The notes under the pieces were generated by a model, which worked only from the letters and a program-made list of their open reading frames with translations, had not been told where the DNA came from and ran no database searches. DNA of 64,000 bases, taken from positions 5,229 through 69,228 of the forward strand of contig VGPD01000006.1 of assembly GCA_016875635.1 (NCBI GenBank), written 5' to 3'. Source of the stretch: Chloroflexota bacterium (GTDB lineage Bacteria > Chloroflexota > Dehalococcoidia > UBA2979). A program made the translations under genes and the position numbers. This document shows, in pieces, positions 19,976 to 29,887 of the stretch. Within the stretch, counting starts at the first letter, position 1, and each line of letters begins with the position of its first letter.

Positions 19976-21607
19976 TCACATCCCGAGCCGGTCGCCCCGT
20001 TCGTCCCTTCGGGGCGGCTCGAGCGTCTTCCGCGCCTCCGGTAGCGCCCGGATGAGATCGGATGCGAGCACGCCCGCGTCCCCGTAGACGCTCGACAACT
20101 GCCGGGCAGCCTCCGCATGGACCCAGACGGCGGCACAGGCTGCCTCGAACGCCTCCATGCCCTGAGCGGCGAACCCTGCTACCAGACCGGCCAGCACGTC
20201 CCCGGTGCCGGCGTGGGCCAGCGCCGAGGTCGCCGTTTCCGAGATCCGTGCCCGGCCGTCCGGCGACGCGATGATCGTGCCCGCGCCCTTCAGGATGACC
20301 ACGCTTCGATTCGCCTCCGCCAGCTCGATCGCGGTTGCCAGTCGTTGCGCCTGGACCGACTCCACGCTCCGCCCGACGAGCCGGGCCGCCTCGCCCGGGT
20401 GGGGCGTCAGGACACGTGGTGTGGCGAACCGTGTGTGCCAGCCGTGCTCACCGGCAAGCACCGTGAGGGCGTCCGCGTCGAACACGACCGTCCCGAGCCC
20501 CTGGACCGCGTCCAGGCCCGCCAGAAGGTGCTGCACGAACCCGCGCGTACCGTCCGAGAGTCCGATGCCCGGCCCGATGAGCAGCGATTGCGCGCGGCCC
20601 TGCTGAAGCGTCTGGAGCAGTGTGCGGGCCCCACCGGGTGTGTGGGCGCCGTCCTGGTCGGGGAGTGGCTCGTGCGTGGCATCGGGAAACGCGATCAGCA
20701 GTTGCTGGATCGAGGCGGGGGCCGCCAGCGTGACCATCCCGCAGCCGGAGCGCGCCGCCGCCTCCGCGGAGAGCCGTGCCGCCCCGGGGAACCGCCGCGA
20801 CCCGGCTGCGATGACCGCGGTGCCGAAGGTCCCCTTGTGTCCGTCCGAGGGCCGCTCCGGCAGTGTCGCGCGTACCTCTCGCAGCACCAGCGTACCCAGT
20901 CCCAGCCGTGCCCGCGCGTCGGCGGGCACGCCGATCGCGACCGGCACCACGCGCCCGGCAAAGAGGGATCCCGGCGCGGTCACCAGGCCGACCTTCGAGC
21001 ATTCGAAGGTCACGGTCTCGTCCGCCGTCGGCGTGAGCGGGTCCGCGTATCCCGTGTCGCAGTCCACGCCGCTCGGCAGGTCGACCGCGAGCACCGGCAG
21101 CTGAGGCACAGCGGCCCGCGCCGCCTGCACGCGCACGAGTATCTGCGCGGCGTCGCCCTCGATCGGCCGTTCCTTCGGATGCAGTCCCGTGCCGAACAGC
21201 GCGTCCACGGCCACCGCCGCGTCGGAGAGCAGCCGTTCGAGTGTGGCCCAGCCGGCGTCCTCTGTCGCCACCGTGTAGGGCACGCCAGCGTCGAGGCAGG
21301 CACGCCATTCGGCGTCGTCATCCGGACGCGCGCGCAGCAGGTAGATGTGGCACGGCGGGCCCCACTCGGCCAGCCGCAGTGCCGCCACCAGCCCGTCGCC
21401 CCCATTCTTCCCCGGGCCGACCAGGATCAGGATCGGGCGCTCGTCCGAGCCGCCTGCCATCATCCATGCCTCCTGCGCCACCGCGAGGCCCGCGTTTGCC
21501 ATCAACTCGCGCTCGGATACGCCAGCGGCGACGGCGGCGGCTTCCAGGTCGCGCATCTGCGCCGCGGTCACGATCGGTGCGGCCGGCCAGCCGAGGACGG
21601 TGCTCAT
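19976..21607 (-). CDS. nnr: bifunctional NAD(P)H-hydrate repair enzyme (epimerase / ADP-dependent dehydratase)
   Basis: An N-terminal YjeF_N region (GPGKNGGDG) is followed by a C-terminal carbohydrate-kinase-like YjeF_C. Confidence 0.85.
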   Translation of the reverse strand: MSTVLGWPAAPIVTAAQMRDLEAAAVAAGVSERELMANAGLAVAQEAWMMAGGSDERPILILVGPGKNGGDGLVAALRLAEWGPPCHIYLLRARPDDDAEWRACLDAGVPYTVATEDAGWATLERLLSDAAVAVDALFGTGLHPKERPIEGDAAQILVRVQAARAAVPQLPVLAVDLPSGVDCDTGYADPLTPTADETVTFECSKVGLVTAPGSLFAGRVVPVAIGVPADARARLGLGTLVLREVRATLPERPSDGHKGTFGTAVIAAGSRRFPGAARLSAEAAARSGCGMVTLAAPASIQQLLIAFPDATHEPLPDQDGAHTPGGARTLLQTLQQGRAQSLLIGPGIGLSDGTRGFVQHLLAGLDAVQGLGTVVFDADALTVLAGEHGWHTRFATPRVLTPHPGEAARLVGRSVESVQAQRLATAIELAEANRSVVILKGAGTIIASPDGRARISETATSALAHAGTGDVLAGLVAGFAAQGMEAFEAACAAVWVHAEAARQLSSVYGDAGVLASDLIRALPEARKTLEPPRRDERGDRLGM

Positions 21608-22077
21608 GAGTTCATCCCTTCGCCCTCGGGGTCGTCGGTTAGCAGGCCGCGTTCACGCAGCCGCGCAATCAGCCGTGCTCGACCTTCCATCGGATCCTGC
21701 TCCAGTCGCTCCTGAGTGCACACGACGACCGCCATGGCGAAGGACGCGAGGTGGGTCAGTGAGATGTCGATCGCGTCCAGCCCGATGGCGTCTGCTCGAC
21801 GGCGCGCTCCGCCATACAGGTAGACCACCGGTTTACCCCGCCGGTCGGGCAGCACTTCGATGTCCCGCCACGCGACCGAGCGCGCGCCTGTCCCGAGCGC
21901 CTTCATCATCGCTTCCTTCGCCGAAAAGCGCGCCGCGAGTTCCGGCACCCGCCCGCGGCAGAACGCCGCCTCGGCGCTCGTGAAGACTCTCTGGATGAAC
22001 CGTTCCGGGTGCTTTGCGAGCACCGCGGCGACACGGTCGATCTCGATCAGGTCGATGCCAACCGCATGAGTGCTCAC
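21604..22077 (-). CDS. acpS: holo-[acyl-carrier-protein] synthase with C-terminal extension
   Basis: Carries the AcpS motifs GIDLIEIDR and FSAKEAMMKALG. A roughly 35-aa extra C-terminal tail is present. Confidence 0.85.
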   Translation of the reverse strand: MSTHAVGIDLIEIDRVAAVLAKHPERFIQRVFTSAEAAFCRGRVPELAARFSAKEAMMKALGTGARSVAWRDIEVLPDRRGKPVVYLYGGARRRADAIGLDAIDISLTHLASFAMAVVVCTQERLEQDPMEGRARLIARLRERGLLTDDPEGEGMNS

Positions 22078-22172
22078 GTGCGCCTCCGGCCCGCGAATCT
22101 AGCACGATCCCGTGGCATACTCTGCTCCCGGGGCGACACGGCCTGCCTCATCCCCTTCGTAGGAGTCTGCCC

Positions 22173-23063
22173 GTGACCGCGAAGATCCTGGACGGCACTG
22201 CGATCGCCGCCGCCGTGCGCGCGGAAGTCGCCGCCGAGGTGGCTCGCGACGTTGCGGGCGGCCACCGTCCGCCACACCTCACCGTCGTGATCGCGGGCGA
22301 CGATCCAGCGTCGCACGTCTACGTGGCCGGCAAAGCTCGCGCCAGCGCCGAAACCGGCATGACAAACGAGACCATCGCACTCCCCGTGGACGTCACGCAC
22401 GCCGCGGTCATGGATGTCGTCCGTCGCCTGAACGCCGACGACAGTGTCGATGGCGTCCTCGTCCAGATGCCGTTGCCCCCTCAGGTGGATGCGCAGGCTG
22501 TGATGTCGGCGCTGGACCCCGCGAAGGACGCGGACGGCCTCTCGCCGTACAGTCTCGGCCGCCTGCTCCAGGGTGAGGCGCCCATGCCACCCTGCACGCC
22601 ATCCGGGATTGTCGAAATGCTGCGCCGCGAGGGCATCGACACGCAGGGTGCACGCGTCGTGATTGTGAACCGCTCCATGCTCGTGGGCCGCCCGCTGGCG
22701 ATGCTGCTGTCGAACCGCGGCGCGGGCGCCAACGCCACCGTCACCATCGCCCATACCGGGACGCGAGACCTCCCTGCCGTGATGCGGGAGGCGGAGATCC
22801 TGATCACGGGGATGGGTCAGGCAGGCACCGTCACCGCCGACATGATCCGCCCCGGGGCGGTGGTAGTGGATGTCAGCGTCGTCCGTGTCCCGGACGCCAC
22901 CCGGAAGACGGGTACCCGCCTCGTCGGCGACGTGGATTTTGAGGCCGCCTGTGAGGTCGCTTCCTGGATCACCCCCGTACCCGGCGGTGTCGGCCCCATG
23001 ACGATTGCGATGCTGATGAAGAACACCCTCACGGCCGCCCGCGCCCGCCGAGGCGTGCGCTAG
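22173..23063 (+). CDS. folD: bifunctional methylenetetrahydrofolate dehydrogenase / methenyl-THF cyclohydrolase
   Basis: YVAGKAR, MPLP and VNRS motifs are present with GxGxxG. GTG start at 22173 with RBS AGGAG at 22161. Confidence 0.88.
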   Translation: MTAKILDGTAIAAAVRAEVAAEVARDVAGGHRPPHLTVVIAGDDPASHVYVAGKARASAETGMTNETIALPVDVTHAAVMDVVRRLNADDSVDGVLVQMPLPPQVDAQAVMSALDPAKDADGLSPYSLGRLLQGEAPMPPCTPSGIVEMLRREGIDTQGARVVIVNRSMLVGRPLAMLLSNRGAGANATVTIAHTGTRDLPAVMREAEILITGMGQAGTVTADMIRPGAVVVDVSVVRVPDATRKTGTRLVGDVDFEAACEVASWITPVPGGVGPMTIAMLMKNTLTAARARRGVR

Positions 23064-23108
23064 CGCCTCGTTGCTGCGCCCCACGGCGCGGCGTGCGAAC
23101 ATATTCCG

Positions 23109-24231
23109 ATGGACGAGCTTCGACAGCGGATCGCCGAACTCCTCGCACGGGTTCGGGACATTCAGGTGCGACTTTGACCTCCCCGCACAGGAGCGCGAAC
23201 TCGCGCGCGTAAAGCAGGAGGCGGAGGCGCCCTCACTCTGGGACGACCAGGCGAACGCGCAGCGGGTGATGAAAGCCGTCGCCCGGCTCGAATCCCTGAT
23301 CGAAACCTGGCGCACCCTCGAGTCCGGTTCGCAGGACCTCCAGACGCTCCTCGAACTCGCCGCCGAAGCGGATGAGGCGGAGCGTGCGCCGGTCCTGGCT
23401 GAGATCGAAGCAGAACTCGCCCTGCTTCAGGCGCAGTTCGACGCCCTCGAAATGTCGCTCACGCTCGGCGGGCCGTACGACGTGCGGAACGCGCTGCTTT
23501 CCGTACACGCCGGTGCGGGCGGCACGGAGGCGCAGGACTGGGCAGAGATGCTCCTGCGGATGTACTTGCGCTGGGCGGAACAGCACGGGTTTACGGCGGA
23601 GATCCTCGCCATCTCCAGCGGTGAAGAGGCGGGGATTAAGTCCGCAGACCTCAAAATCAGCGGCGACTACGCCTACGGGATGCTCCGCTCCGAGCGCGGC
23701 GTCCATCGCCTCGTCCGAATATCTCCGTTCGATTCTTCCCACTCCCGCCATACCTCATTTGCCCTGGTCGAGGTGATGCCCGAGGCGGAGGCCCACGACA
23801 ACACCATCGTGGTGAACCTGGATGACTTGCGCGTGGACACGTTCCGGGCATCCGGACACGGCGGGCAGAATGTCCAGAAGAACGACACCGCCGTGCGCCT
23901 GACCCATCTCCCGACCGGTATCGTGGTGACGTGCCAGAACGAGCGCTCCCAGGGGCAGAACCGGGAGAGCGCGATGCTCGTACTCAAGTCGAGACTGCTT
24001 GAACTGGAGATTGAACGACGGGAAGCGGAGAAGCAGCGCCTGAAGGGCGCCCACATCGAGGCCGGCTGGGGGAACCAGATCCGTTCCTATGTCCTCCACC
24101 CCTACAAGATGGTGAAGGACCTCCGGACTAACGTGGAGACCAGCGACACCGCCCGCGTCCTCGATGGCGGGATTGACGAGTTCGTGACGGCCTACCTGCG
24201 TGAGCAGGTAGGGACGGAGGCGGCAGGATGA
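23109..24231 (+). CDS. prfB: peptide chain release factor 2 with programmed +1 ribosomal frameshift (frame 0: 23109..23177, MDELRQRIAELLARVRDIQVRL-stop; continues in +1 frame from 23176)
   Basis: The canonical CTT TGA C shift site is at 23172-23178. An SD-like AGGTG lies upstream. The SPF tripeptide-anticodon and GGQ motifs are in the downstream frame. Confidence 0.9.
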
Positions 24232-25601
24232 CTCATCGGGCGACAGCCGGAGTCCGCGTGTCACGGGTGGTCGAGGCCGCCGTGGTGGCGCTTGCCCTCA
24301 GCCTCGGGCTGTTTGCGCTGCCCGGGGTCGCCCGAGCCGGCACGATTACGGTGGGCGACGTCACCCAGACCAGCGCCGACCCGAAGTCGATCGTATTCAA
24401 GGTGCGCGTCCAGGCGCCTGCCGGCCTGCAGAGCGCCACGCTGGACTACCGGCTCTTCAACCCCGACACCACAGTCGGCGGCAGCCAGCCCGCCGAGGTC
24501 AATGGTGCCACCACGATCGACGCCACCGTCACGCTGGAGACGAATACCGCCACCCGCTACATCCCCATCGGATCGCGCTTCACCTACACCTGGACGCTGG
24601 TCGACCGGGATGGCGCACGCGTCGTCACGCCGCAGCGGGAGTTCGTCTTCCTCGATGGCCGCTACCAGTGGCAGGAGAGGACGGTCGGCAACTTCACGGT
24701 CTATTGGTACGGCGACAATGCCCGCAACGCCGACCTGGCGCTTCAGGCGGCTGCCTCCGCGACCAACGCGAACGAGGCGCTCCTGAACGTGAAACTGAAC
24801 TACCCCATCCGCCTCGTCGTTTGGCGGCGAGAGTCCGAGGGGGAGATGGCGCAGCAGTCCCGAGGGGCCGCGTTCGACCGTCAGGTGATCACCGGCGGCG
24901 CGCGCGTCGCCCCGGATGTCGTCCACCTCTACGATCCGATCGGTGGCTTCGTTGATGTCGTGAAGCACGAGGTTGCCCATATCGTCACGAAGGTGGCGGG
25001 CGACGGGCCATTCGGCCGTCTTCCCTCCTGGATCGACGAGGGCACGGCGGTCTACGCGCAGTCCGAGCCCGGCGGCTATCGACCCGCGGTCGAAGCGGCC
25101 ATACGTGCCGACTCGCTCACCCGGCTCAAGGCGATGTCGTCACCCTCCAACCAGCCGAGTCGTGTTGACATCTTCTATGGGCAGTCGTGGATGACCGTGA
25201 AATTCATGGTCGAAAAGTACGGCCAGCCCAAGTTCGCCGAGGTCTATAAGGCGTTCAGGGCCGGCGGCGACATGGACGCGGCGCTGAAGCAGGTCTACGG
25301 CGTGGACCAGGACGGCCTCTACAACCAGTGGCGGGAGAGCGTTGGCTTGAAGGCCATCGACTTTCCCCCCGAAGCCTCAACCGCCACTGCGCCGGCGCAG
25401 GGCACCCGCGCGCCCCTTGGCATCGGCGTCACTGGCACGGGTTCATCGTCGCAGGGGGCGGGCGGTACTGGTACGTCAGCGGCTGCCGAGGAGCCCGCGT
25501 CGAAGATGGTGCTGGCGATCATCGTTGGCCTGGCCACGCTGCTGGTGGCGGCGGGGATGGGGTTCGGCGCGTTCCGGCTGCTGAAGAAGCCGAAGGCGTA
25601 G
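24228..25601 (+). CDS. secreted, C-terminally membrane-anchored putative zinc metallopeptidase (HEXXH)
   Basis: An N-terminal signal peptide ends AGTITVG. An HEVAH...EGTAVYA gluzincin-like motif is present. There is a Gly/Thr/Ser-rich linker, one C-terminal TM helix and a KKPKA tail. Confidence 0.55.
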   Translation: MTHRATAGVRVSRVVEAAVVALALSLGLFALPGVARAGTITVGDVTQTSADPKSIVFKVRVQAPAGLQSATLDYRLFNPDTTVGGSQPAEVNGATTIDATVTLETNTATRYIPIGSRFTYTWTLVDRDGARVVTPQREFVFLDGRYQWQERTVGNFTVYWYGDNARNADLALQAAASATNANEALLNVKLNYPIRLVVWRRESEGEMAQQSRGAAFDRQVITGGARVAPDVVHLYDPIGGFVDVVKHEVAHIVTKVAGDGPFGRLPSWIDEGTAVYAQSEPGGYRPAVEAAIRADSLTRLKAMSSPSNQPSRVDIFYGQSWMTVKFMVEKYGQPKFAEVYKAFRAGGDMDAALKQVYGVDQDGLYNQWRESVGLKAIDFPPEASTATAPAQGTRAPLGIGVTGTGSSSQGAGGTGTSAAAEEPASKMVLAIIVGLATLLVAAGMGFGAFRLLKKPKA

Positions 25602-25607
25602 CGGGCG

Positions 25608-26446
25608 CTACTGCCCGAGGACGATCAGCCCGCTGCCGCCGTCGGAGGCTGCGGGTATCGAGGGTGCCCCGGCAGCATTGGCGGCCCTCACCTCTTCTTC
25701 CGTCACGAACTCGGTGACGAAGACGCGTTCGCGCACCACCGGCTCCGGCTCGTTGGTGGCGATCCGCCACAGCTGCTCCATGAGTGCCGTCTCGTCCCAT
25801 GCACCGGGGAAACGTCGCCCTTCGATGGTCATCAGCGGCACCTCGGTCACCCCCTTGATCGAGGCAAGCCGTGGAAACTCCGCGACCTCGATGGCGGTCA
25901 GTCGGACGTTCCGGCTCTCCGCCGCGAACGCGCCGAGCAGGCGCAGCAGGTGTCGGAGTAGGCGTCATACGGCGCCAGCAGGATCTCGATGTCCAGCGGG
26001 CGCGGGAGGGCGGCCAGCGCCGCCTTCGTCTTCGGCTGGAGTGGCGGCTCCGCGGAGAGGAACGTCATCACGTCGAGGAGCGGCGGGAACAGCAGCCCGG
26101 AGATCAGCCCGCTGAGCCGCACCGACTTCCCGCCACCGCGCAGGATCGTCGTCGGCGCCAGGTGAATCGCCTCGCGCTGGGCGCGCTCCGTGAACTGGTC
26201 GAGGGGATACGGGGTGATCGTCAGCGCCGGGTGCAACGTGGCCAGCTGCTTCATCGCGGACAGCATCATCTCCGCATGCACCGCCCCGTCCCGGTCGGGC
26301 AGCACGATCGTGCTGTCCGGACGCCACCAGACTTCGATCCCCACGTGGCGCGAGATGCGTTCCGAGAGCCAGCGCGCGATGGCGAGCGTCTCCTCGCGTT
26401 CGAGCGGGCCCGCATTCGGGTTGGTCGCCGAAGTCTTGCCGGTCAC
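25608..26446 (-). pseudogene. frameshifted gene: unknown N-terminal domain fused to a glutaredoxin/thioredoxin-like C-terminal domain (last gene of the inositol-lipid operon)
   Basis: Two overlapping reading frames (26446..25898 and about 25950..25608) are offset by one nucleotide. The C-terminal part (VPLMTIEGRRFPGAWDETALMEQL) resembles a Grx-like fold. A CCAC motif sits at the frame junction. The GTG start at 26446 overlaps the stop of the upstream CDP-alcohol phosphatidyltransferase (GTGA). Confidence 0.5.
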
Positions 26447-27042
26447 CGCTCTTCCTTCGGTGCGTCCTCTGCGATCATCGAGCGCGAGCCGATCCACAGC
26501 CGCTGGAATGCCGTGAGCACCGTCAACACGGCGAGTGCCCACAGTGCCGCGCGTGTGAAGCCGAGGATCAGCGCGACGCCCACGAGCACCACACGCTCCG
26601 ATCGCGTGAACAGGCCGTCGCGCAGCGCGAGCCCCAGCCCCTCTGAGCGCGCCCGCACATACGAGACCATCAGCGAGCCGACGGTCGCTACGAATGCGAG
26701 CATCGCCTGCTCGTCGCTCCCGGACTGCAGCGCGTGCCACAGCAGCCCGCCGAGGACGGCCGCCTCCGAGAGCCGGTCGAGGGTGGAGTCGTACAGCGCC
26801 CCGAATCGCGAGGCGCGGCCGGTCGCGCGTGCGAGCGCACCATCCAGCATGTCCAGCGCGCTGAAGAACAGCACCGCCACGCCTGCCAGCCGCAGGTCAC
26901 CCTGCGCCGCCAGCCACGCGGCCAGCACGTTGCCCAGGAATCCCGCGGTGGTGAGCATCGTCGGTGTGATCCGGACGGCGACCAGCCCTCGCACGATCGG
27001 GTCGAGGACGGCGGCCGGAGCGCGGCGCGGGAGGAGGATCAT
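26443..27042 (-). CDS. CDP-alcohol phosphatidyltransferase (phosphatidylinositol-phosphate synthase-like, PgsA1-type)
   Basis: Small polytopic protein carrying the CDP-OH transferase motif DMLDGALARATGRASRFGALYDSTLDR (D-G-x2-A-R...G...D-x3-D). Confidence 0.8.
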   Translation of the reverse strand: MILLPRRAPAAVLDPIVRGLVAVRITPTMLTTAGFLGNVLAAWLAAQGDLRLAGVAVLFFSALDMLDGALARATGRASRFGALYDSTLDRLSEAAVLGGLLWHALQSGSDEQAMLAFVATVGSLMVSYVRARSEGLGLALRDGLFTRSERVVLVGVALILGFTRAALWALAVLTVLTAFQRLWIGSRSMIAEDAPKEER

Positions 27043-28211
27043 TCGCGGGTCGCCAGACGGCGCTCGCGGGTCGAATCTATACTGTCGCGCTGGTCTAGGA
27101 GCCGCTCGTAGTACGACGCGACCAGCTGGCCCACGCGTGGCCAGGAGAACTCGTCCACGCGCACCCGTCCGTGCGCTGCCAGCCGCGCGCGCCGCTCAGG
27201 GTCACGCGCCAGCGCCGTCAGAGCGTCCGCCAGTGCCATCGTGTCCATGGGGCGCACCAGGATCCCGTCCACGTCACGGGTGATGACGGAAGCGTACCCG
27301 TCAATGTTCGATGCCACGACCGGTATCCCTGCCGCCATCGCCTCCAGCAATACGTACCCTTGCGACTCGTTCCCCAGCGCGGGCGAACAGAACACCTGCG
27401 CCGTGCGGTGATATCGAGGCAACTTGTCGTACGGCTGCTCCGGTACGAAGATCACCCCCCGCTGGCCGCTGCGCTCCACCATCGCCTCGTACCGCCGGCG
27501 CGCCCGCGAGTCCGGCCCGACCACGATCAGTCGCGTGTCCGGAAGGCGTGCATTCACGACACCAAAGGCGCGGAGCAGCGTCCCCAGCCCTTTCCGTTTC
27601 TCCGCGCGACCGACATACAGGATGTTCATGGTGCCCTCAAAGGCCGCGATCGGTTCGTGGCGCGGGTCTGACCAGTGATCCACGTCGATGCCGTTCGAGA
27701 TTATGTTGTAGAAGCCCGGAAAGTAGCGGCCCACATAATGGGCTGCCGGTGGCGACACCGCGATCTTCCCGTCGATCTCCCGGAACCATCTCTTGAGCAG
27801 TCGCCGGCCGTAGCCGTACAGCCGGTTGCCCCCGTCCTTCCGCGCGTGGAACGTCCCAACATTGACTACGCGAGGGTTCGCCGCCCGTGAGTGGCGCAAC
27901 ACCTGGATTGGCAACACTGGCATCAGCGGCTCATGCACATGCACCACATCGAATTGCTGCTCCACTAGGAGGGCATGGACGCGCGCGCCGATGCGGGGGT
28001 TCACCGGGATGCGGACGACCGATCCGGACGCGGCCACGGGGATCGGCCGTCCGATGACGTGGACCAGAGGGTCGTCCACTTTGCGCGAGGCCGGTGCGAT
28101 CACGTGGACCTCGTGCCCGCGCGCGCGCAACTCGTGGCCGAGGTGGGCCACATGGCTGTTCACCCCGCCCGGCGTATGCCAGTCGTACGGAGAGACAAGT
28201 GCGACCTTCAT
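27039..28211 (-). CDS. GT4 family glycosyltransferase (PimA-like mannosyltransferase)
   Basis: Starts MKVALVSPYDW...GGVNSHV. Has the GT-B fold with the EX7E region (ESQGYVLLEAMAAGIPVV). The ATG at 28209-28211 overlaps the stop of the upstream PHP gene. Confidence 0.8.
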   Translation of the reverse strand: MKVALVSPYDWHTPGGVNSHVAHLGHELRARGHEVHVIAPASRKVDDPLVHVIGRPIPVAASGSVVRIPVNPRIGARVHALLVEQQFDVVHVHEPLMPVLPIQVLRHSRAANPRVVNVGTFHARKDGGNRLYGYGRRLLKRWFREIDGKIAVSPPAAHYVGRYFPGFYNIISNGIDVDHWSDPRHEPIAAFEGTMNILYVGRAEKRKGLGTLLRAFGVVNARLPDTRLIVVGPDSRARRRYEAMVERSGQRGVIFVPEQPYDKLPRYHRTAQVFCSPALGNESQGYVLLEAMAAGIPVVASNIDGYASVITRDVDGILVRPMDTMALADALTALARDPERRARLAAHGRVRVDEFSWPRVGQLVASYYERLLDQRDSIDSTRERRLATRE

Positions 28212-29005
28212 GATCGAGGCCGGGCTCGTTCGCTGATGCGCCCCATGAACCGCCCGATCGGCGGCCCCAGCACCTTCTTCGGTGTGACCGAGAGGCCGCG
28301 CACCTGCTGAAGGGCCACCCGTGTCGCGCCGATCTGACGCAGCGGGACGCCGGCGCCGCGCCGTCCTGCCGTCGTGCGGTTGAGGATCGCCTGCCGCACG
28401 TCGTCGGAGGCATGCCCGGGGAACAGCGTGTAGGCACCCCCCACCGCTTCTGCGAAATGGGCGTCGCTCCCGCCCGTTTCGGCCAGGCCCCACCGGGCCC
28501 GATTCGCCTCGACGGCACGGATGCCCGTGTCCCAGCCCGCCGAAGTCGGGTTGGCGAGCTCGATCCCGTCCGGGTGGGTCGTGGTGTCCGCGATCGAGAG
28601 GACGCGCTCCAGTGTGCGCCGGCCGATCGAGCGAGTCAGGAGGGAGAACGGGTGTGGGACGACGGCGAGGCCGCCCTGGTCGTGGATCGCCGCGATGGTC
28701 GCCTCGAGCGAGCGGAACGAACGGACGGGAGCCTCCACCCACAGCGCCAGCAGGTGGCCGTGCTGTGTCGTGACCTCGATCCCGGTGATCAGGTCGAAGT
28801 GGTACGGGGCGCGCCCGTGCACCTCCCGCGCCTCCAGCGCTCCGCCGATGTCGTCGTGGTCGGTGACGGCGATGACATCGAGTTCCCCCATGACCTCGAC
28901 ACGTTCGAAGATCGTGCGGGCGTCCTCCATGCCGTCACCGTAAGCGGTGTGGACCTGCAGGTCGGCGCGTCCGAAACGGCGGGGGACGGCGGTGTAGTCG
29001 GGCAT
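28208..29005 (-). CDS. PHP-domain metal-dependent phosphoesterase
   Basis: Carries DLQVHTAYGDG and VTDHDDIGG PHP motifs, plus GGSDAHF. Confidence 0.75.
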   Translation of the reverse strand: MPDYTAVPRRFGRADLQVHTAYGDGMEDARTIFERVEVMGELDVIAVTDHDDIGGALEAREVHGRAPYHFDLITGIEVTTQHGHLLALWVEAPVRSFRSLEATIAAIHDQGGLAVVPHPFSLLTRSIGRRTLERVLSIADTTTHPDGIELANPTSAGWDTGIRAVEANRARWGLAETGGSDAHFAEAVGGAYTLFPGHASDDVRQAILNRTTAGRRGAGVPLRQIGATRVALQQVRGLSVTPKKVLGPPIGRFMGRISERARPRS

Positions 29006-29010
29006 CAACG

Positions 29011-29880
29011 TTATTGTAGCCCGCGCCAGACGGGCGCCAGCGCGAACCACTGGCCGGGAGCGCGCCTGATCGCCCGTTCGAGTGCGTCGAGGTAGGCGTA
29101 CTGCGCCGCCTCCAGATCGTTCTGACGGTCGCCGCTGGTCTCAGGCAGCGCAATCCGCTCCACCACGGCGGCGTACCGCCCCGGCCGGGTGCGTGTGACC
29201 CATCCGGCAACGACGGCGGCGCCTGAGCGCAACGCCATCTCCATCATCCCGTCCGGCATCGCCGCGCGCTCCCCGAAGAAGACGTACGGCTTCCCGGTGC
29301 CGAGGACATCGCGGTCCGCCAGTCCGCCAAGGACCGCCCCGCATCGAATCTGCGTCAGCGCCGCCCGGAGTCCGCCGGGGTCGGGTTCCAGCATTCGGGC
29401 GCCTCCGCGCTCTCTTGTGGACTCGATCAGCGCGTGGACGCGAGGGTCGGCCAGTGGCTCTACGAAGATCGCGGTGGGCAGTCCGAGATGCGGCAGCAGG
29501 GTTGCGAATACTTCCGGGTTCCCGAGGTGCGCAGAGAGGAGCACCACGCCCTGTCCCGCGTCGTACGCCTGGAAGAGCTCGTCCAGGCCCTCCACGGAGT
29601 CGAGGCACGCGAAGGTTGCTTCCGGGGTCATCCGCGGGACACGCGCGAGGTCGATCCAGTACCACGCCGCTGCCCGGACGCAGTCGCGTGCGCGCGCCTG
29701 GACGGTCCTGCGTGGTGCGCTCACCCCTAGGACGTGCCGCATGTGGTCGGTCGTGGTCTCACGCAGCCTCCGGGAGGCATACCAGGCCAGACCGCCACCC
29801 ACCCACGCCAGCGGGGCAATCACGCGCAGCGGGACACGCGGTAGCACGAGCATCAGCGCCCACAGCAGCCAGTAGGGCAT
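29011..29880 (-). CDS. LpxL/HtrB/PatA-family lipid acyltransferase
   Basis: N-terminal membrane anchor. An HX4E motif (SAHLGNPE) is present. The LPLAT fold is shared with mycobacterial PIM acyltransferase and lipid A lauroyltransferases. Confidence 0.7.
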   Translation of the reverse strand: MPYWLLWALMLVLPRVPLRVIAPLAWVGGGLAWYASRRLRETTTDHMRHVLGVSAPRRTVQARARDCVRAAAWYWIDLARVPRMTPEATFACLDSVEGLDELFQAYDAGQGVVLLSAHLGNPEVFATLLPHLGLPTAIFVEPLADPRVHALIESTRERGGARMLEPDPGGLRAALTQIRCGAVLGGLADRDVLGTGKPYVFFGERAAMPDGMMEMALRSGAAVVAGWVTRTRPGRYAAVVERIALPETSGDRQNDLEAAQYAYLDALERAIRRAPGQWFALAPVWRGLQ

Positions 29881-29887
29881 CAGGGGA

